Assembly (NCBI GenBank): GCA_964514585.1
Contig: CAZETU010000005.1
Span: forward strand, 1-64,000
Source of the DNA: Candidatus Woesearchaeota archaeon
GTDB lineage: Archaea > Nanobdellota > Nanobdellia > Pacearchaeales > GW2011-AR1
DNA: 64,000 bases
Direction of reading: 5' to 3'
Shown here one piece after another: positions 19,900-30,536 of this stretch. The translations under genes and the position numbers were made by a program. The notes below the pieces were generated by a model. That model was not told the origin of the DNA. It ran no database searches and saw nothing but the letters and a program-made list of their open reading frames with translations. The number at the start of each line of letters is the position of its first letter. Position 1 is the first letter of the stretch.

Positions 19900-20175
19900 A
19901 TGCCTAGACCACATAAAAGAAGAATAGTTCGAGGTAGACCTAACTCTTCTTACTTTAAACCTGCAGGGATAAGAATGTTTGACTTAGAAGAGTCTGAAAT
20001 ATCTCTGCCAGAGTTTGAAGCAATAAGATTAATTGATTTTGAAAGAATTTCTCAAGCAAAAGCAGGAGAAAGAATGCAAGTATCTCAATCTACATTATCT
20101 AGAATATTATCTTCTGGTAGAAGAAAGATAGCAGATGCGATAATTAACGGGAAGGCAATTAAAATAAAAAAATGA
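19900..20175 (+). CDS. DUF134-family HTH regulator
   Basis: MPRP..YFKPAGI..EFEAIRLID..SQ..AGERMQVSQST. Confidence 0.88.
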   Translation: MPRPHKRRIVRGRPNSSYFKPAGIRMFDLEESEISLPEFEAIRLIDFERISQAKAGERMQVSQSTLSRILSSGRRKIADAIINGKAIKIKK

Positions 20176-21515
20176 AAAATAAATATGATATAATAATTAT
20201 TGGAGGAGGTCCAGGCGGAGTTATCTCTGCAGTTACTTCAAGAATGTATAATCCAGATAAAAATATTTTGTTGATTAAAGATATTTCTCAGGGGGTTATA
20301 CCGTGTGGAATCCCCTATATGTTTACTACCCTGAAAAGTCCGGAAGATAATGCTATGGGAAATATGCCTTTGGATAAAAATAAAATTGATTTGAAAATAG
20401 ATAAGGTTGTTAAAATAAATAAAAAAGAAAAGCAGATATTTACTGAGAATAATTCTTGTATTAAGTACGATAAGCTTGTTCTGGCGATAGGGTCCAATCC
20501 AATAATTCCACGGATAAAAGGAATAGAAAAGAAAGGAGTTTATCCAATATATAAAGAAATGAATTATCTTAAAGATTTTAAGAATAGAGTAAAAAAATCT
20601 AAAAATATTGTGATTATCGGTGGAGGTTTTATTGGAGTAGAATTTGCAGATGAATTATCTAATCTCAAAAATGCGAATATTAGTTTAGTTGAATTATTAC
20701 CTGAGATATTGGGTAATTCTTTTGATAAGGAATTTTCGGAAAAAGTAGGTAAAGAACTCTTAGGAAAGGGTGTTAAAATTTATAATAATTTAAGTGTAAA
20801 AGAAATCAGAGGGAATAAGAAAGTAGAATCGGTTTTGCTTTCTAATGGAAAATCAATTTCAGCCGATTTAATAGTTCTTGGAATTGGATCAAATTCTAAT
20901 GTGAATTTAGCAAGTGAATCAAAATTAAAAATAATTAAAAATAGTATTTTGGTTGACAAATATCTTCAAACTTCTGATAAAAATATATTTGCTATTGGGG
21001 ATTGTGCTACGAAAAAAGATTTCTTTAGTAAAAATAAAATAAATGCAATGCTTGCATCTACTGCAACAACAGAAGCAAGAATTGCAGGATATAATTTGTT
21101 TAGTAAAAATTTACAAGAAAATAAAGGAACTCTCGCTTCTTATTCTACAAAAATTGGGAAATTGGTATTAGGCTCTACAGGCGTCAGTGAAAAAACAGCT
21201 GAGAAAAGGAATATGGAAGTAATTTCAGGAGTAGCTCAAACTGCTGATAAGCATCCAGGAAAACTTCCAAATACATCTTTGATAAATATTAAATTAATAT
21301 TTTCAAAAAAAGATAAAATTCTTCTGGGAGGACAAGTCATGGGTGGAGATTCTGTTGGCGAAATGATTAATATAATTAGTGCTGCTATTCAGAAAAAATT
21401 TACGATTAAGGAATTAGAGAGTTTGCAAATAGCAACTCATCCTAAACTGACTGCTGCGCCTACAACTTATCCAATAATAAATGCTGCACAGAATGCATTA
21501 CAAAAAATAAAATGA
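20172..21515 (+). CDS. FAD-dependent pyridine nucleotide-disulfide oxidoreductase (CoA-disulfide reductase / NADH oxidase family)
   Basis: GGGPGG, PCGIPY (single redox Cys), GGGFIGVE, IFAIGD, C-terminal HP dimerisation motif. Confidence 0.88.
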   Translation: MKNKYDIIIIGGGPGGVISAVTSRMYNPDKNILLIKDISQGVIPCGIPYMFTTLKSPEDNAMGNMPLDKNKIDLKIDKVVKINKKEKQIFTENNSCIKYDKLVLAIGSNPIIPRIKGIEKKGVYPIYKEMNYLKDFKNRVKKSKNIVIIGGGFIGVEFADELSNLKNANISLVELLPEILGNSFDKEFSEKVGKELLGKGVKIYNNLSVKEIRGNKKVESVLLSNGKSISADLIVLGIGSNSNVNLASESKLKIIKNSILVDKYLQTSDKNIFAIGDCATKKDFFSKNKINAMLASTATTEARIAGYNLFSKNLQENKGTLASYSTKIGKLVLGSTGVSEKTAEKRNMEVISGVAQTADKHPGKLPNTSLINIKLIFSKKDKILLGGQVMGGDSVGEMINIISAAIQKKFTIKELESLQIATHPKLTAAPTTYPIINAAQNALQKIK

Positions 21516-21630
21516 AAATTCTAATAAAAAATTTATTGATTAGAAAAGTTATAGGCATGGTTGGTATAGGTTGTTATTTTAATAAAGATAAAAAAAGTGT
21601 TTATAATTTTATTAACCCAGGAGGGAAAGA

Positions 21631-22701
21631 ATGAAGGAAAAAATTGCAATAATTTCTATATTTGTTAATCTTATTCTTGCATTTGGAAAAACTATTGTAG
21701 GATTTTTTTCCAATTCTGCTTCAGTTTTAGCCGAAGGAATTCATTCAGGAATGGATGTTTTATCTTCAGCAATAAGCTTAATAGGAATAAAAATATCAAA
21801 AAAACCTGTTGATGAAAAACATCCCTATGGCCATTATAAATTTGAAGTTTTTTCAGGTCTAATTATTACATTTATTTTATTTCTTGCAGGAATTTGGATG
21901 ATTTATGAAGCATATAAGGGGCTTATAGATCCCAAAATAATGTCGATTAGTTATCTAGCATTAGGAATAATGTTATTGTCAGTAATCTTAAATGAGATTA
22001 TGTCAAGATTGAAAATATACTACGGAAAAAAGGAAAATTCCTTGAGTCTTCTCTCAGACGGCGTTCATGACAGAATAGACGTTTATACTTCAATTGCAGT
22101 TTTAATTGGAATATTTTTAATGCCATATTGGATTTATGTAGACTCTATTTTAGCCTTCTTGATTGGGTTATATATTCTCAAAGAATCCTTTGAATTAGGG
22201 AAAGAGGCAACAGATTCCTTATTAGATGTATCAGCTGGAAAAGAGGTTGAAAATAAAATAAAATTAATTGTTGAAAAAAATAAAATAGAAATTGGTAAAT
22301 TAAAAACTCAAAAAAAGGGCTCTATGATTACTGCAAATATAGAAATAAAATTAGACAAAGATATTATTGTAGAAAAAGCGACACAAATTTCTGAAAAATT
22401 AAAAAGAAATTTGGTAAATTCAATTGAATCCCTAGAATATGTTGTTATTCAAATCAGTACACACAATATAACAAATGTATCTTTTGAGCCAAAAAATATT
22501 GATTCAAAAATTAGTTTTGGAAAGGGTTTTAAATGGCAACGAAAAGAAAGATTCAAAAACAAAGTAGAGGGAGCAGAAGGAAAGGGTCCAGAAGGGAACT
22601 GTGTTTGCCCCAAATGCAAATATAAACTAAAACATAAAAAAGGAATACCTTGTTCAAAAATTAAATGCCCAAAATGTAAAATTCAAATGGAGAGAGAATA
22701 A
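21631..22701 (+). CDS. Cation diffusion facilitator (CDF) with C-terminal Cys-rich extension
   Basis: AEGIHSGMD, HPYGH, HDRID; tail GPEGNCVCPKC..C..CPKC. Confidence 0.9.
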   Translation: MKEKIAIISIFVNLILAFGKTIVGFFSNSASVLAEGIHSGMDVLSSAISLIGIKISKKPVDEKHPYGHYKFEVFSGLIITFILFLAGIWMIYEAYKGLIDPKIMSISYLALGIMLLSVILNEIMSRLKIYYGKKENSLSLLSDGVHDRIDVYTSIAVLIGIFLMPYWIYVDSILAFLIGLYILKESFELGKEATDSLLDVSAGKEVENKIKLIVEKNKIEIGKLKTQKKGSMITANIEIKLDKDIIVEKATQISEKLKRNLVNSIESLEYVVIQISTHNITNVSFEPKNIDSKISFGKGFKWQRKERFKNKVEGAEGKGPEGNCVCPKCKYKLKHKKGIPCSKIKCPKCKIQMERE

Positions 22702-22702
22702 A

Positions 22703-23041
22703 ATGAAAATATTAATAGCAATAAACGAAAATAAAGGAGAAGACTCAGTTCTAAGCGAACACTTTGGACATTGTTCCCATTTTGCAATATACGAAAAAGA
22801 AATTAATAACCTAGCAATCCTTGAAAATAAAATTGACCACTCAAATCAAGAACTAACTCCAGTAGATCAAATAATGAAATTTAACCCAGACATTGTTTTT
22901 ACATTAGGGGTAGGACAAAGAGCGATAAATCTATTCAATGAAAAAGGTATAAAAATCAAAACAGGAGAATACAAGACTGTTAAAGAGGTCATAGAAAATA
23001 TAGAAAATCTTAAAGAATTAAATTCAAACTGCAACCATTAA
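22703..23041 (+). CDS. NifB/NifX (FeMo-cofactor-biosynthesis) family protein
   Basis: SEHFGHCSHFAIYE, GVGQRA. Confidence 0.8.
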   Translation: MKILIAINENKGEDSVLSEHFGHCSHFAIYEKEINNLAILENKIDHSNQELTPVDQIMKFNPDIVFTLGVGQRAINLFNEKGIKIKTGEYKTVKEVIENIENLKELNSNCNH

Positions 23042-23042
23042 A

Positions 23043-23456
23043 ATGAAGCAATCAATGACTAAAGCCGCAAAAGGATTATGGAATGCCTTTCCCATGATTC
23101 TAGGAACAATTCTACTTATAAGTTTAATATCTGCAATAGTCCCGAAATCATTCTACACAACACTCTTTAGTAAAAACATACTTATAGATTCTATCATCGG
23201 AAGTTCAGTCGGCAGTATCTCCGCAGGAAACCCAATAACAAGTTACATCTTCGGAGGAGAAATGTTAAATCAGGGAATCGGTCTTCTGGCCGTCACAGCT
23301 TTTTTAGTCGCATGGGTCACGGTAGGAATAATACAACTTCCAGCAGAATCAACAATCTTAGGTAAAAAATTCGCAATATTAAGAAACATCACAGCTTTCA
23401 TTTTATCAATCATCGTCGCGATAGTAACAGTATTAATTTTAGGAGTAATAGCATGA
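23043..23456 (+). CDS. Permease (DUF318/ArsP-like), small
   Basis: GNPITSY, AFLVAWVTVG, four TM segments. Confidence 0.7.
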   Translation: MKQSMTKAAKGLWNAFPMILGTILLISLISAIVPKSFYTTLFSKNILIDSIIGSSVGSISAGNPITSYIFGGEMLNQGIGLLAVTAFLVAWVTVGIIQLPAESTILGKKFAILRNITAFILSIIVAIVTVLILGVIA

Positions 23457-23962
23457 AATTTAAAAACAAATTAAAAAAACTTCCAGGCTCTTGGTATTTT
23501 CTAGGAGCAATAATTTTTATTTATCTTCTACTCTCAATATTCAGTAAAGAAATTTATCTCAATAGTCTAAACTTTTTTGGACAAATCATCTATAAAATAA
23601 TTCCTATTTTCATAATGGTATTCGTTTTAATGAGCTTATCAAATTATTTTATAACCCCAGAATTTGTAATAAAACACCTAAAAGAAAAAGGAATAAAAAA
23701 ATGGTTCTATGTTATTCTAGGTGGAATAATTTCAAGCGGACCAATTTATATGTGGTATCCTCTTTTAGCAGACCTAAAAAACAAAGGATTAAACTACGGA
23801 TTAATAGCCTGCTTCTTGTACAATCGTGCAATAAAAATCCCACTACTCCCACTAGCAATTATATATTTTAGCTGGCAATACATTATTATCCTAACTTTAG
23901 TCATGGTTGCCATATCCATAATACAAGGAATACTAATAAATAAAATCATGGAGGTTAAATAA
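23453..23962 (+). CDS. Permease (DUF318/ArsP-like)
   Basis: SSGPIYMWYPLL, FLYNRAIK. Confidence 0.7.
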   Translation: MKFKNKLKKLPGSWYFLGAIIFIYLLLSIFSKEIYLNSLNFFGQIIYKIIPIFIMVFVLMSLSNYFITPEFVIKHLKEKGIKKWFYVILGGIISSGPIYMWYPLLADLKNKGLNYGLIACFLYNRAIKIPLLPLAIIYFSWQYIIILTLVMVAISIIQGILINKIMEVK

Positions 23963-24255
23963 TGAAAATTGCTATAGCATCAGAAGGAAAAACAATTGAT
24001 TCCGACATAAGCGAAAAAGGCGGAAGAGCACCCTACTATCTTATTTTTGAAAACAAAGAGCTCATAGAAGCCATAAAAAATCCTTTTGCAAGTGGAGGCG
24101 GAGGAGCAGGATTTTCCGTAGCATATATGTTGGCTGATAAAAAAGTCAACTTAACAATTGCAGGGAAAATTGGCGGAAATATGGAATCTGCTTTAAACGA
24201 AAAAGAAATAAGCTTTAAACAAGAATCAGGTAAAAAAGTTAAAGAAGTTATTTAA
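23962..24255 (+). CDS. NifB/NifX family protein
   Basis: MKIAIAS..GGRAPYYLIF..NP..GGGAG. Confidence 0.8.
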   Translation: MKIAIASEGKTIDSDISEKGGRAPYYLIFENKELIEAIKNPFASGGGGAGFSVAYMLADKKVNLTIAGKIGGNMESALNEKEISFKQESGKKVKEVI

Positions 24256-24285
24256 AAGAAAATTTAACTAATTTTTTTTGATATA

Positions 24286-24918
24286 TCATTCATGATCATG
24301 ATAATATCCACATTTCTTACAAGGCCTCTTGATAAACAAAAGCGGAAAAACAATATCGCTAATACAACACGGCACAAGCACAGCGACGAAAACGACCAAC
24401 GAAATAATCAAGATAATCCAAATATTAATTCCACTACTAAAAGCCAAAAGATAAAACAAGCTCGCAAACACAGATAAAAAAACATGAAGTAAATGCGACA
24501 ACTTAGATAATCCCAAAAAAATACCAACCAAAGAACCAATTATTGCAACTCCAATTATTAAGAAAGGTTCTTCAATCAATGGCAAATGAAAATGTGTATC
24601 AAGCATAAGTAAGTTCCCAGAAATCCAAGGAAAAATAACATCACTTAAAGTTCCAATCAAAATCGCACCAATAGTTCCAATCAAAACAGATTCTAAAAAA
24701 GATTTTTTATACCTATGAAAAATTGTAGCAGTAGCGGCAGCAGAAACCAAAACATGAGCAGGATGCAATATCTCAAAAGCTGCCATATCAAAATCCCCAA
24801 GACCACCTTTAACCAAAAAAATAATAGCAACCAAAACCGAAGCAACCAAACTCGCAACTAAAGTAAATGGTAAGTGATGCTTTAATTCTTTAATTATGGT
24901 ATCAAATTTTGTCTTCAT
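24286..24918 (-). CDS. His/Cys-rich integral membrane protein
   Basis: HHLPFT, HPAH, HFHLP, HLLH, PCC, CKKC..HDHE; multiple TM segments. Confidence 0.65.
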   Translation of the reverse strand: MKTKFDTIIKELKHHLPFTLVASLVASVLVAIIFLVKGGLGDFDMAAFEILHPAHVLVSAAATATIFHRYKKSFLESVLIGTIGAILIGTLSDVIFPWISGNLLMLDTHFHLPLIEEPFLIIGVAIIGSLVGIFLGLSKLSHLLHVFLSVFASLFYLLAFSSGINIWIILIISLVVFVAVLVPCCISDIVFPLLFIKRPCKKCGYYHDHE

Positions 24919-24975
24919 TAAAAATCAAGAATAAAAGAGTTTTTATTGTTTTTGAAAAGGAAATTTAAATAAAAA

Positions 24976-25281
24976 TTATTTAAGTTTTCTCATCTTAGAA
25001 TCTTTATAATAATATTCATCTAAAAACATCCCAGCACCTACTATAGCAGCATACCCTAACACTACAGTAGAAGCTCCAAATGCCAAAGGTGTCACAATTT
25101 GTCCTGCCACATATCCCACCTGCCCAAAAATTTCTTCTATTTGGGGTTGAAATCTATTAACTCTTTCTGCAGCAGAAAGTGCAGTTTCTATAGCCTCATC
25201 TATAAATACTAACCCAACAGCACCTTGAAGTATAACCCTAATTGGCTTTTCTTTAATTCTATCAATTAATTTTTTTGTCAT
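24976..25281 (-). CDS. Hypothetical membrane protein
   Basis: Probable start MTKKL; two hydrophobic stretches. Confidence 0.5.
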   Translation of the reverse strand: MTKKLIDRIKEKPIRVILQGAVGLVFIDEAIETALSAAERVNRFQPQIEEIFGQVGYVAGQIVTPLAFGASTVVLGYAAIVGAGMFLDEYYYKDSKMRKLK

Positions 25282-25365
25282 ATAACTATTTTTAAAAATT
25301 TCAACTATATAAAACTTTTTATTGTAACTATTATTAAAAAGTAACAAAACAGATTATAGTAAACT

Positions 25366-27774
25366 TCATAAAAAATCCCCCAAACTAGTCTGCCTTTTTC
25401 CGTCGGCAACAGATTTAACATCAACCCCAAACACATCAAAAATATTCTCAACCGCCGGCAAAATCTGATTATTCATATAATATTTAATATCGTACTTTGA
25501 CTTTTCCTCTGGCAAATAGACCCTATCCCCAATCCTCTTACTAGAACCCTCTCCAATATAGTATTCAATTAGCATCCCAGGATTAACAGGCACACCTTGA
25601 GCCACCATTTTTTTCGCAGCAAGAACATGAGGTCCCTCAGCCACGTACTCACCCAACGGCCGACGCAACTGAGTCCGAATCATCAAATCATGCAAACCAA
25701 CTTCCCGATTATTCAACTTCCTCACAACCTCTTTCAAAAGTTTCAAAGCATTCTCTTCATTCCCATCCTCCAAAATCTTTTTCAAAACCTCGCTTTGCAA
25801 ATTCCGAGTCAACTTACACCAATCCCGTCTCACCGTCTCAAACCCACGAATCTTTATCTTGTTTTTCTCATCAAGCAACGCATACTTCTTCTTAGCTCCA
25901 GTCTCACTCCCTCTCTTCGAAACAAACAGTCCCCGAACATAAAAATCCTCAAGATCTAATTCCATAATACCAGGCAAATCATCATTAATCTTTTTCAAAA
26001 ATTTTAAAATCTCATCCTTACTTTTATCACCCTGTAAAAACGCAATCGAATCCGTATCCCCATAAATAATTTTATAATCAGCATCCTTAATTATCCCAAT
26101 CGCATTCAAAATATTCTCTTTAGCAAACCGTGCCGTCGCTGCAGCAGCTTCTCGACAATAATACCTAGCTCCAAAAAATCCCTGATAACCATAAGCCGCA
26201 TTCGCAAGCAACTTGTAAGCATTGCTCCGAGCCCGAAGCATCCCAGACGGATTCTTGGCAAACTCTTTCTTATGTTTCTTTCTCTTCTCAATAATATCAA
26301 GAAGCATCGTAGGAAAAAATCCAACATCCTTGGAGAAGTTCCCATTTTCTTCCAGCGTCGTCTTCGATAAATTATAAGTCACAATCACCGACGCATACAT
26401 ACTAGTAAAATCAAACATAACCAAATTCTCGTAAAGCCCAGGCGTCGGTTCAAAAACATAAGCACCCTCATACTTACCTCTAGCCTTCCTCTCCTCGCTC
26501 TCCCCATACATCGGCCGCTTCTCAACAATCTCATTATAATTATCCAAATTATGAATAAGATAATTCTCAACATGAGCCGACATTCTGTCACGCGTCACAT
26601 CAAACAAAGGCTCCCGAACAATCTTCGAAAACTCAACAACGTCAGGCCAAATCTTACGCGCAAGTTTATACGTCACAACAGAATCCTGCAAATTATAAGA
26701 GAAAAAATCCTTCCAATCATTATCCTTCATATTCGCCAACCTCTTAAAATCAAAATCCTCTTTCCTCTCCCCAACCAACTCACCAGCCACCTCATTCAAA
26801 GACAAAGTCTCACTCTGCAAATACTGAGAAAAAACAGCATCGATAAAACGATACAAATCAACATGAACAATCCCAGAAATTTTCCCACTTGGAATTCTAC
26901 CCCTCGCGAATACAGGACCCTTTCCGTCAACTCCCAAACCAAGCTTCACTCCATTAGTATGAGACGCCGCTTTCAAATAAGGCAAATCAAAACCATCACT
27001 AAAATACCCAGTCAAAACATCCGGATCGTACTCATTAACCAACTCAACAAACCGCTCAATCATCGAACCCTCGTCCCCCCAAAACTCAACATACTCCGGC
27101 TTCTCCTTACATTTCTTCCACGTCAAAACTTTCTTCAGTCCCTCCCCATAAAGCGAAATCATCAAAATATCACCCTTCCCAATTTCTGTGCTATCAGTCT
27201 CAATATCATACGCCAAAATCTTAGGCTCAAACCCCTCCTTATTTTTCATCGGTTCAATCTTAGTCGCACCAACGCAAACATCAATATTCAAAGCTCCAGC
27301 CAAACCACCATAATCGCCAACATCCAAAACCTCGCCCTCAACAAAATGCCAACTCAAAGGATTCACACCTTTCTCTTTAATATACTTAGTAATCAAGGGA
27401 ATATCATACTCACGCCGAGACTTAATCTCCTCCATATCCCCAATCTCCGAAGCAATATCATGCGCATCCTTATGATTCGTAACAAAAACCCGAATAGCCT
27501 TAACCTTCTTCCCCAAAAATTTCTTCCCCAAAATCTCAGTCTTCAAAACCGTAGTCTTCCGCCCAGCCTTCTCAGTCTCCAACTTTGAAATCTTATCAGC
27601 AACTTCACTCGCCTTATCCTCAAACCCATTCTTCAAAACAACCCAAAAATTAGGCTCATAAGAGTCCACTACACAAATCTTCTTACCCTTACCATTCCGA
27701 CCAATCAACTTAACATAGTTCCGACCCTCAAAATCAAAATAGTCATAATCGACGGGAACAAACTCAAATCTCAT
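25366..27774 (-). CDS. polB: Family B DNA polymerase
   Basis: Exonuclease YDIET and FDLPYL; polymerase DFTSMY, KLLANAAYGY, YGDTDS; C-terminal PIP box QTSLGDF. Confidence 0.96.
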   Translation of the reverse strand: MRFEFVPVDYDYFDFEGRNYVKLIGRNGKGKKICVVDSYEPNFWVVLKNGFEDKASEVADKISKLETEKAGRKTTVLKTEILGKKFLGKKVKAIRVFVTNHKDAHDIASEIGDMEEIKSRREYDIPLITKYIKEKGVNPLSWHFVEGEVLDVGDYGGLAGALNIDVCVGATKIEPMKNKEGFEPKILAYDIETDSTEIGKGDILMISLYGEGLKKVLTWKKCKEKPEYVEFWGDEGSMIERFVELVNEYDPDVLTGYFSDGFDLPYLKAASHTNGVKLGLGVDGKGPVFARGRIPSGKISGIVHVDLYRFIDAVFSQYLQSETLSLNEVAGELVGERKEDFDFKRLANMKDNDWKDFFSYNLQDSVVTYKLARKIWPDVVEFSKIVREPLFDVTRDRMSAHVENYLIHNLDNYNEIVEKRPMYGESEERKARGKYEGAYVFEPTPGLYENLVMFDFTSMYASVIVTYNLSKTTLEENGNFSKDVGFFPTMLLDIIEKRKKHKKEFAKNPSGMLRARSNAYKLLANAAYGYQGFFGARYYCREAAAATARFAKENILNAIGIIKDADYKIIYGDTDSIAFLQGDKSKDEILKFLKKINDDLPGIMELDLEDFYVRGLFVSKRGSETGAKKKYALLDEKNKIKIRGFETVRRDWCKLTRNLQSEVLKKILEDGNEENALKLLKEVVRKLNNREVGLHDLMIRTQLRRPLGEYVAEGPHVLAAKKMVAQGVPVNPGMLIEYYIGEGSSKRIGDRVYLPEEKSKYDIKYYMNNQILPAVENIFDVFGVDVKSVADGKRQTSLGDFL

Positions 27775-28047
27775 TTATAACAAAACCCAATCAACTTTAT
27801 ATTCTTTTTGAGATATACTGTTGTAACTACCATTAAGATACAACAAACAAAAAACTTATAAACACAAAAAATTTCTTTCAATTATGAAAATAGATGATTA
27901 TTCTTGCTATAAAGTTCAGCCAGTTAGTCGCGTCTATGAAACAGGCAATAATAGACCTCCAGAGCCACCTTATTTTAGACAAATTACCCCAACTAAATAT
28001 GCAGATCCTTCAAGACAAGGTGATGGTCTCGTCAATTCTTTAGCATA

Positions 28048-28458
28048 ATGGAAACTCCAATATACGGCAACTTAGACGAATTTGCAAAAAAAGTTCAATC
28101 ATACTCAGATTTTGCAACACGTCTTTGCAAACACTCCCAATCATTTAGTGTAGAAGTTTCATCCGGAATAAATTATTCAGAAGGACCGAGGGTCTTGTAC
28201 GGTATGCACATAGATGCAAAATCAGAAATGATCATAGGAATAAAATCCAGTGAAAACGTTTTTGCTATATATCACGATAGCACCCCGAGAAGCCACGATA
28301 GAGATGTTAAACCATTCAACTTAGAAGAAGAAACAGAAAGTTTTGTAGCCGATGTAGCCAAAGCAATTCAAAAAACAGGCATGAGAACAAAAGTTAATGA
28401 ATTAGAAATAGCCCTAGAGTTAGTTCCAGAATTAGCTCCTGTAACATCAAACCAATAA
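28048..28458 (+). CDS. Hypothetical protein
   Basis: 136-aa ORF upstream of fen. Confidence 0.55.
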   Translation: METPIYGNLDEFAKKVQSYSDFATRLCKHSQSFSVEVSSGINYSEGPRVLYGMHIDAKSEMIIGIKSSENVFAIYHDSTPRSHDRDVKPFNLEEETESFVADVAKAIQKTGMRTKVNELEIALELVPELAPVTSNQ

Positions 28459-28488
28459 TCTTATTAATTTCTTTCACATTCTCAAAAC

Positions 28489-29520
28489 ATGGGAGTCCAG
28501 ATATCAGAAATAATTCCAAGAAAAGAAATCACAATCTCAGACCTAAAAGGAAAAGTGCTAGCAATAGACGCGTACAACACACTCTACCAATTCTTAACAA
28601 CAATCCGCCAACCAGACGGCACGGCTCTTATGGACAAAGAAGGCAGAATAACTTCACACCTCTCAGGGCTTTTCTACCGAAACATAAACCTGCTCCAAGA
28701 AGGAATCAAACCAGTATACGTTTTTGACGGAATACCTCCCGAATTAAAACAAGAAGAAATAAAAAAACGAAAAGAAGCAAAAATAATTGCAGAACAAAAA
28801 TACGAAAAAGCAAAACTTTCAGAAGACATTCAAGAAATGAAAAAGTATTCTGGAAGGTTCGTAAAAATAACTGATGAAATTATTCAAGAAAGCAAAGACT
28901 TACTACAAGCTATGGGTATACCCGTCATTCAAGCCCCAAGCGAAGGTGAAGCTGAGGCAGCCACACTTTGCAGAGCTAACAAAGTTTGGGCAGCAGCCTC
29001 TCAGGATTACGACGCCTTACTTTACGGAACCCCAATGTTAATCAGAAACCTAACTCTAGCCCGAAGAAAAAAATTACCCTCAGGAATTTTCGTCGACACA
29101 AAAACAGAACTAATAGAATTCCAACAAGTCCTAAACCAACTCCAAATAGATAAAGACCAACTAATATGCCTAGCAATCCTCGTCGGAACAGACTACAATC
29201 CAGGAGGAGTCAGGGGCCTAGGTCAAAAAAGAGCATTAGAAATCGTGCAAAAATACAAATACCCAGTAGAAATATTCAAGCACGTCCAAGAACACGACAA
29301 ATACAACTTCGTCTTCGAATGGCAAGAAGTTTTCAAACAATTCCACGAATACGAGTCCTCATACGACGAACCAATAAATTTCCAAGAAGTCAACGAATCA
29401 AAAGTAAAAAAAATCCTACTCTCCCACGACTTCTCAGAAAATCGAATAGAATCAGGACTCCAAAAATTAAAAAAATTAACAGAGTCAAAAAAACAAAAAG
29501 GCCTAGGCGACTTCTTCTAA
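28489..29520 (+). CDS. fen: Flap endonuclease 1
   Basis: AIDAYNTLYQFL, VFDG, EGEAEA, SQDYD, GTDYNPGG; PIP box QKGLGDFF. Confidence 0.97.
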   Translation: MGVQISEIIPRKEITISDLKGKVLAIDAYNTLYQFLTTIRQPDGTALMDKEGRITSHLSGLFYRNINLLQEGIKPVYVFDGIPPELKQEEIKKRKEAKIIAEQKYEKAKLSEDIQEMKKYSGRFVKITDEIIQESKDLLQAMGIPVIQAPSEGEAEAATLCRANKVWAAASQDYDALLYGTPMLIRNLTLARRKKLPSGIFVDTKTELIEFQQVLNQLQIDKDQLICLAILVGTDYNPGGVRGLGQKRALEIVQKYKYPVEIFKHVQEHDKYNFVFEWQEVFKQFHEYESSYDEPINFQEVNESKVKKILLSHDFSENRIESGLQKLKKLTESKKQKGLGDFF

Positions 29521-30488
29521 CCCCGCCAAATCAAAAACACAATATACAAAATATAAAACAAGACAAACACAATTCCATCTTTCCTTCTAAGTCCATGCCT
29601 CTTCCCCGTAAACATAAAAATAAACAATAAGAGAGTCGCGAAAAACATCACAGCAATATCAAACGAAACAAATGTTGGAATTAATATCGGTCTAATAAAA
29701 GGAACAATTCCTAAGACCCACAAAATATTGAAAATATTACTACCAATAATGTTCCCAACAGCCAAGTCAACCTTATTCTTCAAAGCCGCAGAAACACAAA
29801 CAACTAACTCAGGCAATGAAGTCCCAAGTGCAATAATCGTAGCAGAAACCAAAAATTCACTAATCCCAAATTGAGTCGCCATAAAAACAGCCCCGTCCAC
29901 TACCCACCTACCACCAAAATAAATCCCAACCAACCCAACAACAAGCTTAATCAATATTTTCCAACCACCCTCAATAGTCTCCCTGTCCCCAAAATTCACA
30001 ACCTTAGTCCGATCCTTCCTAGCCATCCTAACTATATGATACATAAAAACTCCAAACAAACAAAGAAAAATCATACCGTCAAACCGAGTCAAATAAAGGT
30101 TAAAATTACTAACACCAAAAAGCACCTTGTTAGAAAACACAAACAAAACAAAAGCCGCCAAAAGAGCAAAGGGAATTTCCCTCCAAATCGTCGCAGACTT
30201 CAGCTTAATATTCCTAACAATTGCAGTAACTCCAAGAGCAAGCAAAATATTAGAAATATTACTCCCAACAATACTACCAAAAGCAACCTGTTCAGCACCT
30301 TCCAACGACGCAAAAATATTAACAATCAACTCAGGCAAGCTAGTCCCAAAAGCAACAACCGTAAGCCCAACAACCATCGTAGAAATCCCAAACTTCTTAG
30401 CCAAAGACGACGAACTATCAATTATCAAGTCAGCTCCCTTAATCAAGCAATAAATCCCAAGCGCAAAAAGAAAATACGTCACCACCAT
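29517..30488 (-). CDS. Ca2+/Na+ antiporter (YrbG/CaCA family)
   Basis: Two alpha repeats GTSLPEL..GSNIxN. Confidence 0.92.
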   Translation of the reverse strand: MVVTYFLFALGIYCLIKGADLIIDSSSSLAKKFGISTMVVGLTVVAFGTSLPELIVNIFASLEGAEQVAFGSIVGSNISNILLALGVTAIVRNIKLKSATIWREIPFALLAAFVLFVFSNKVLFGVSNFNLYLTRFDGMIFLCLFGVFMYHIVRMARKDRTKVVNFGDRETIEGGWKILIKLVVGLVGIYFGGRWVVDGAVFMATQFGISEFLVSATIIALGTSLPELVVCVSAALKNKVDLAVGNIIGSNIFNILWVLGIVPFIRPILIPTFVSFDIAVMFFATLLLFIFMFTGKRHGLRRKDGIVFVLFYILYIVFLIWRG

Positions 30489-30536
30489 CCTACACCAAAC
30501 ATAAACTTATATAAAAGTTTAATCATTACTACATAC

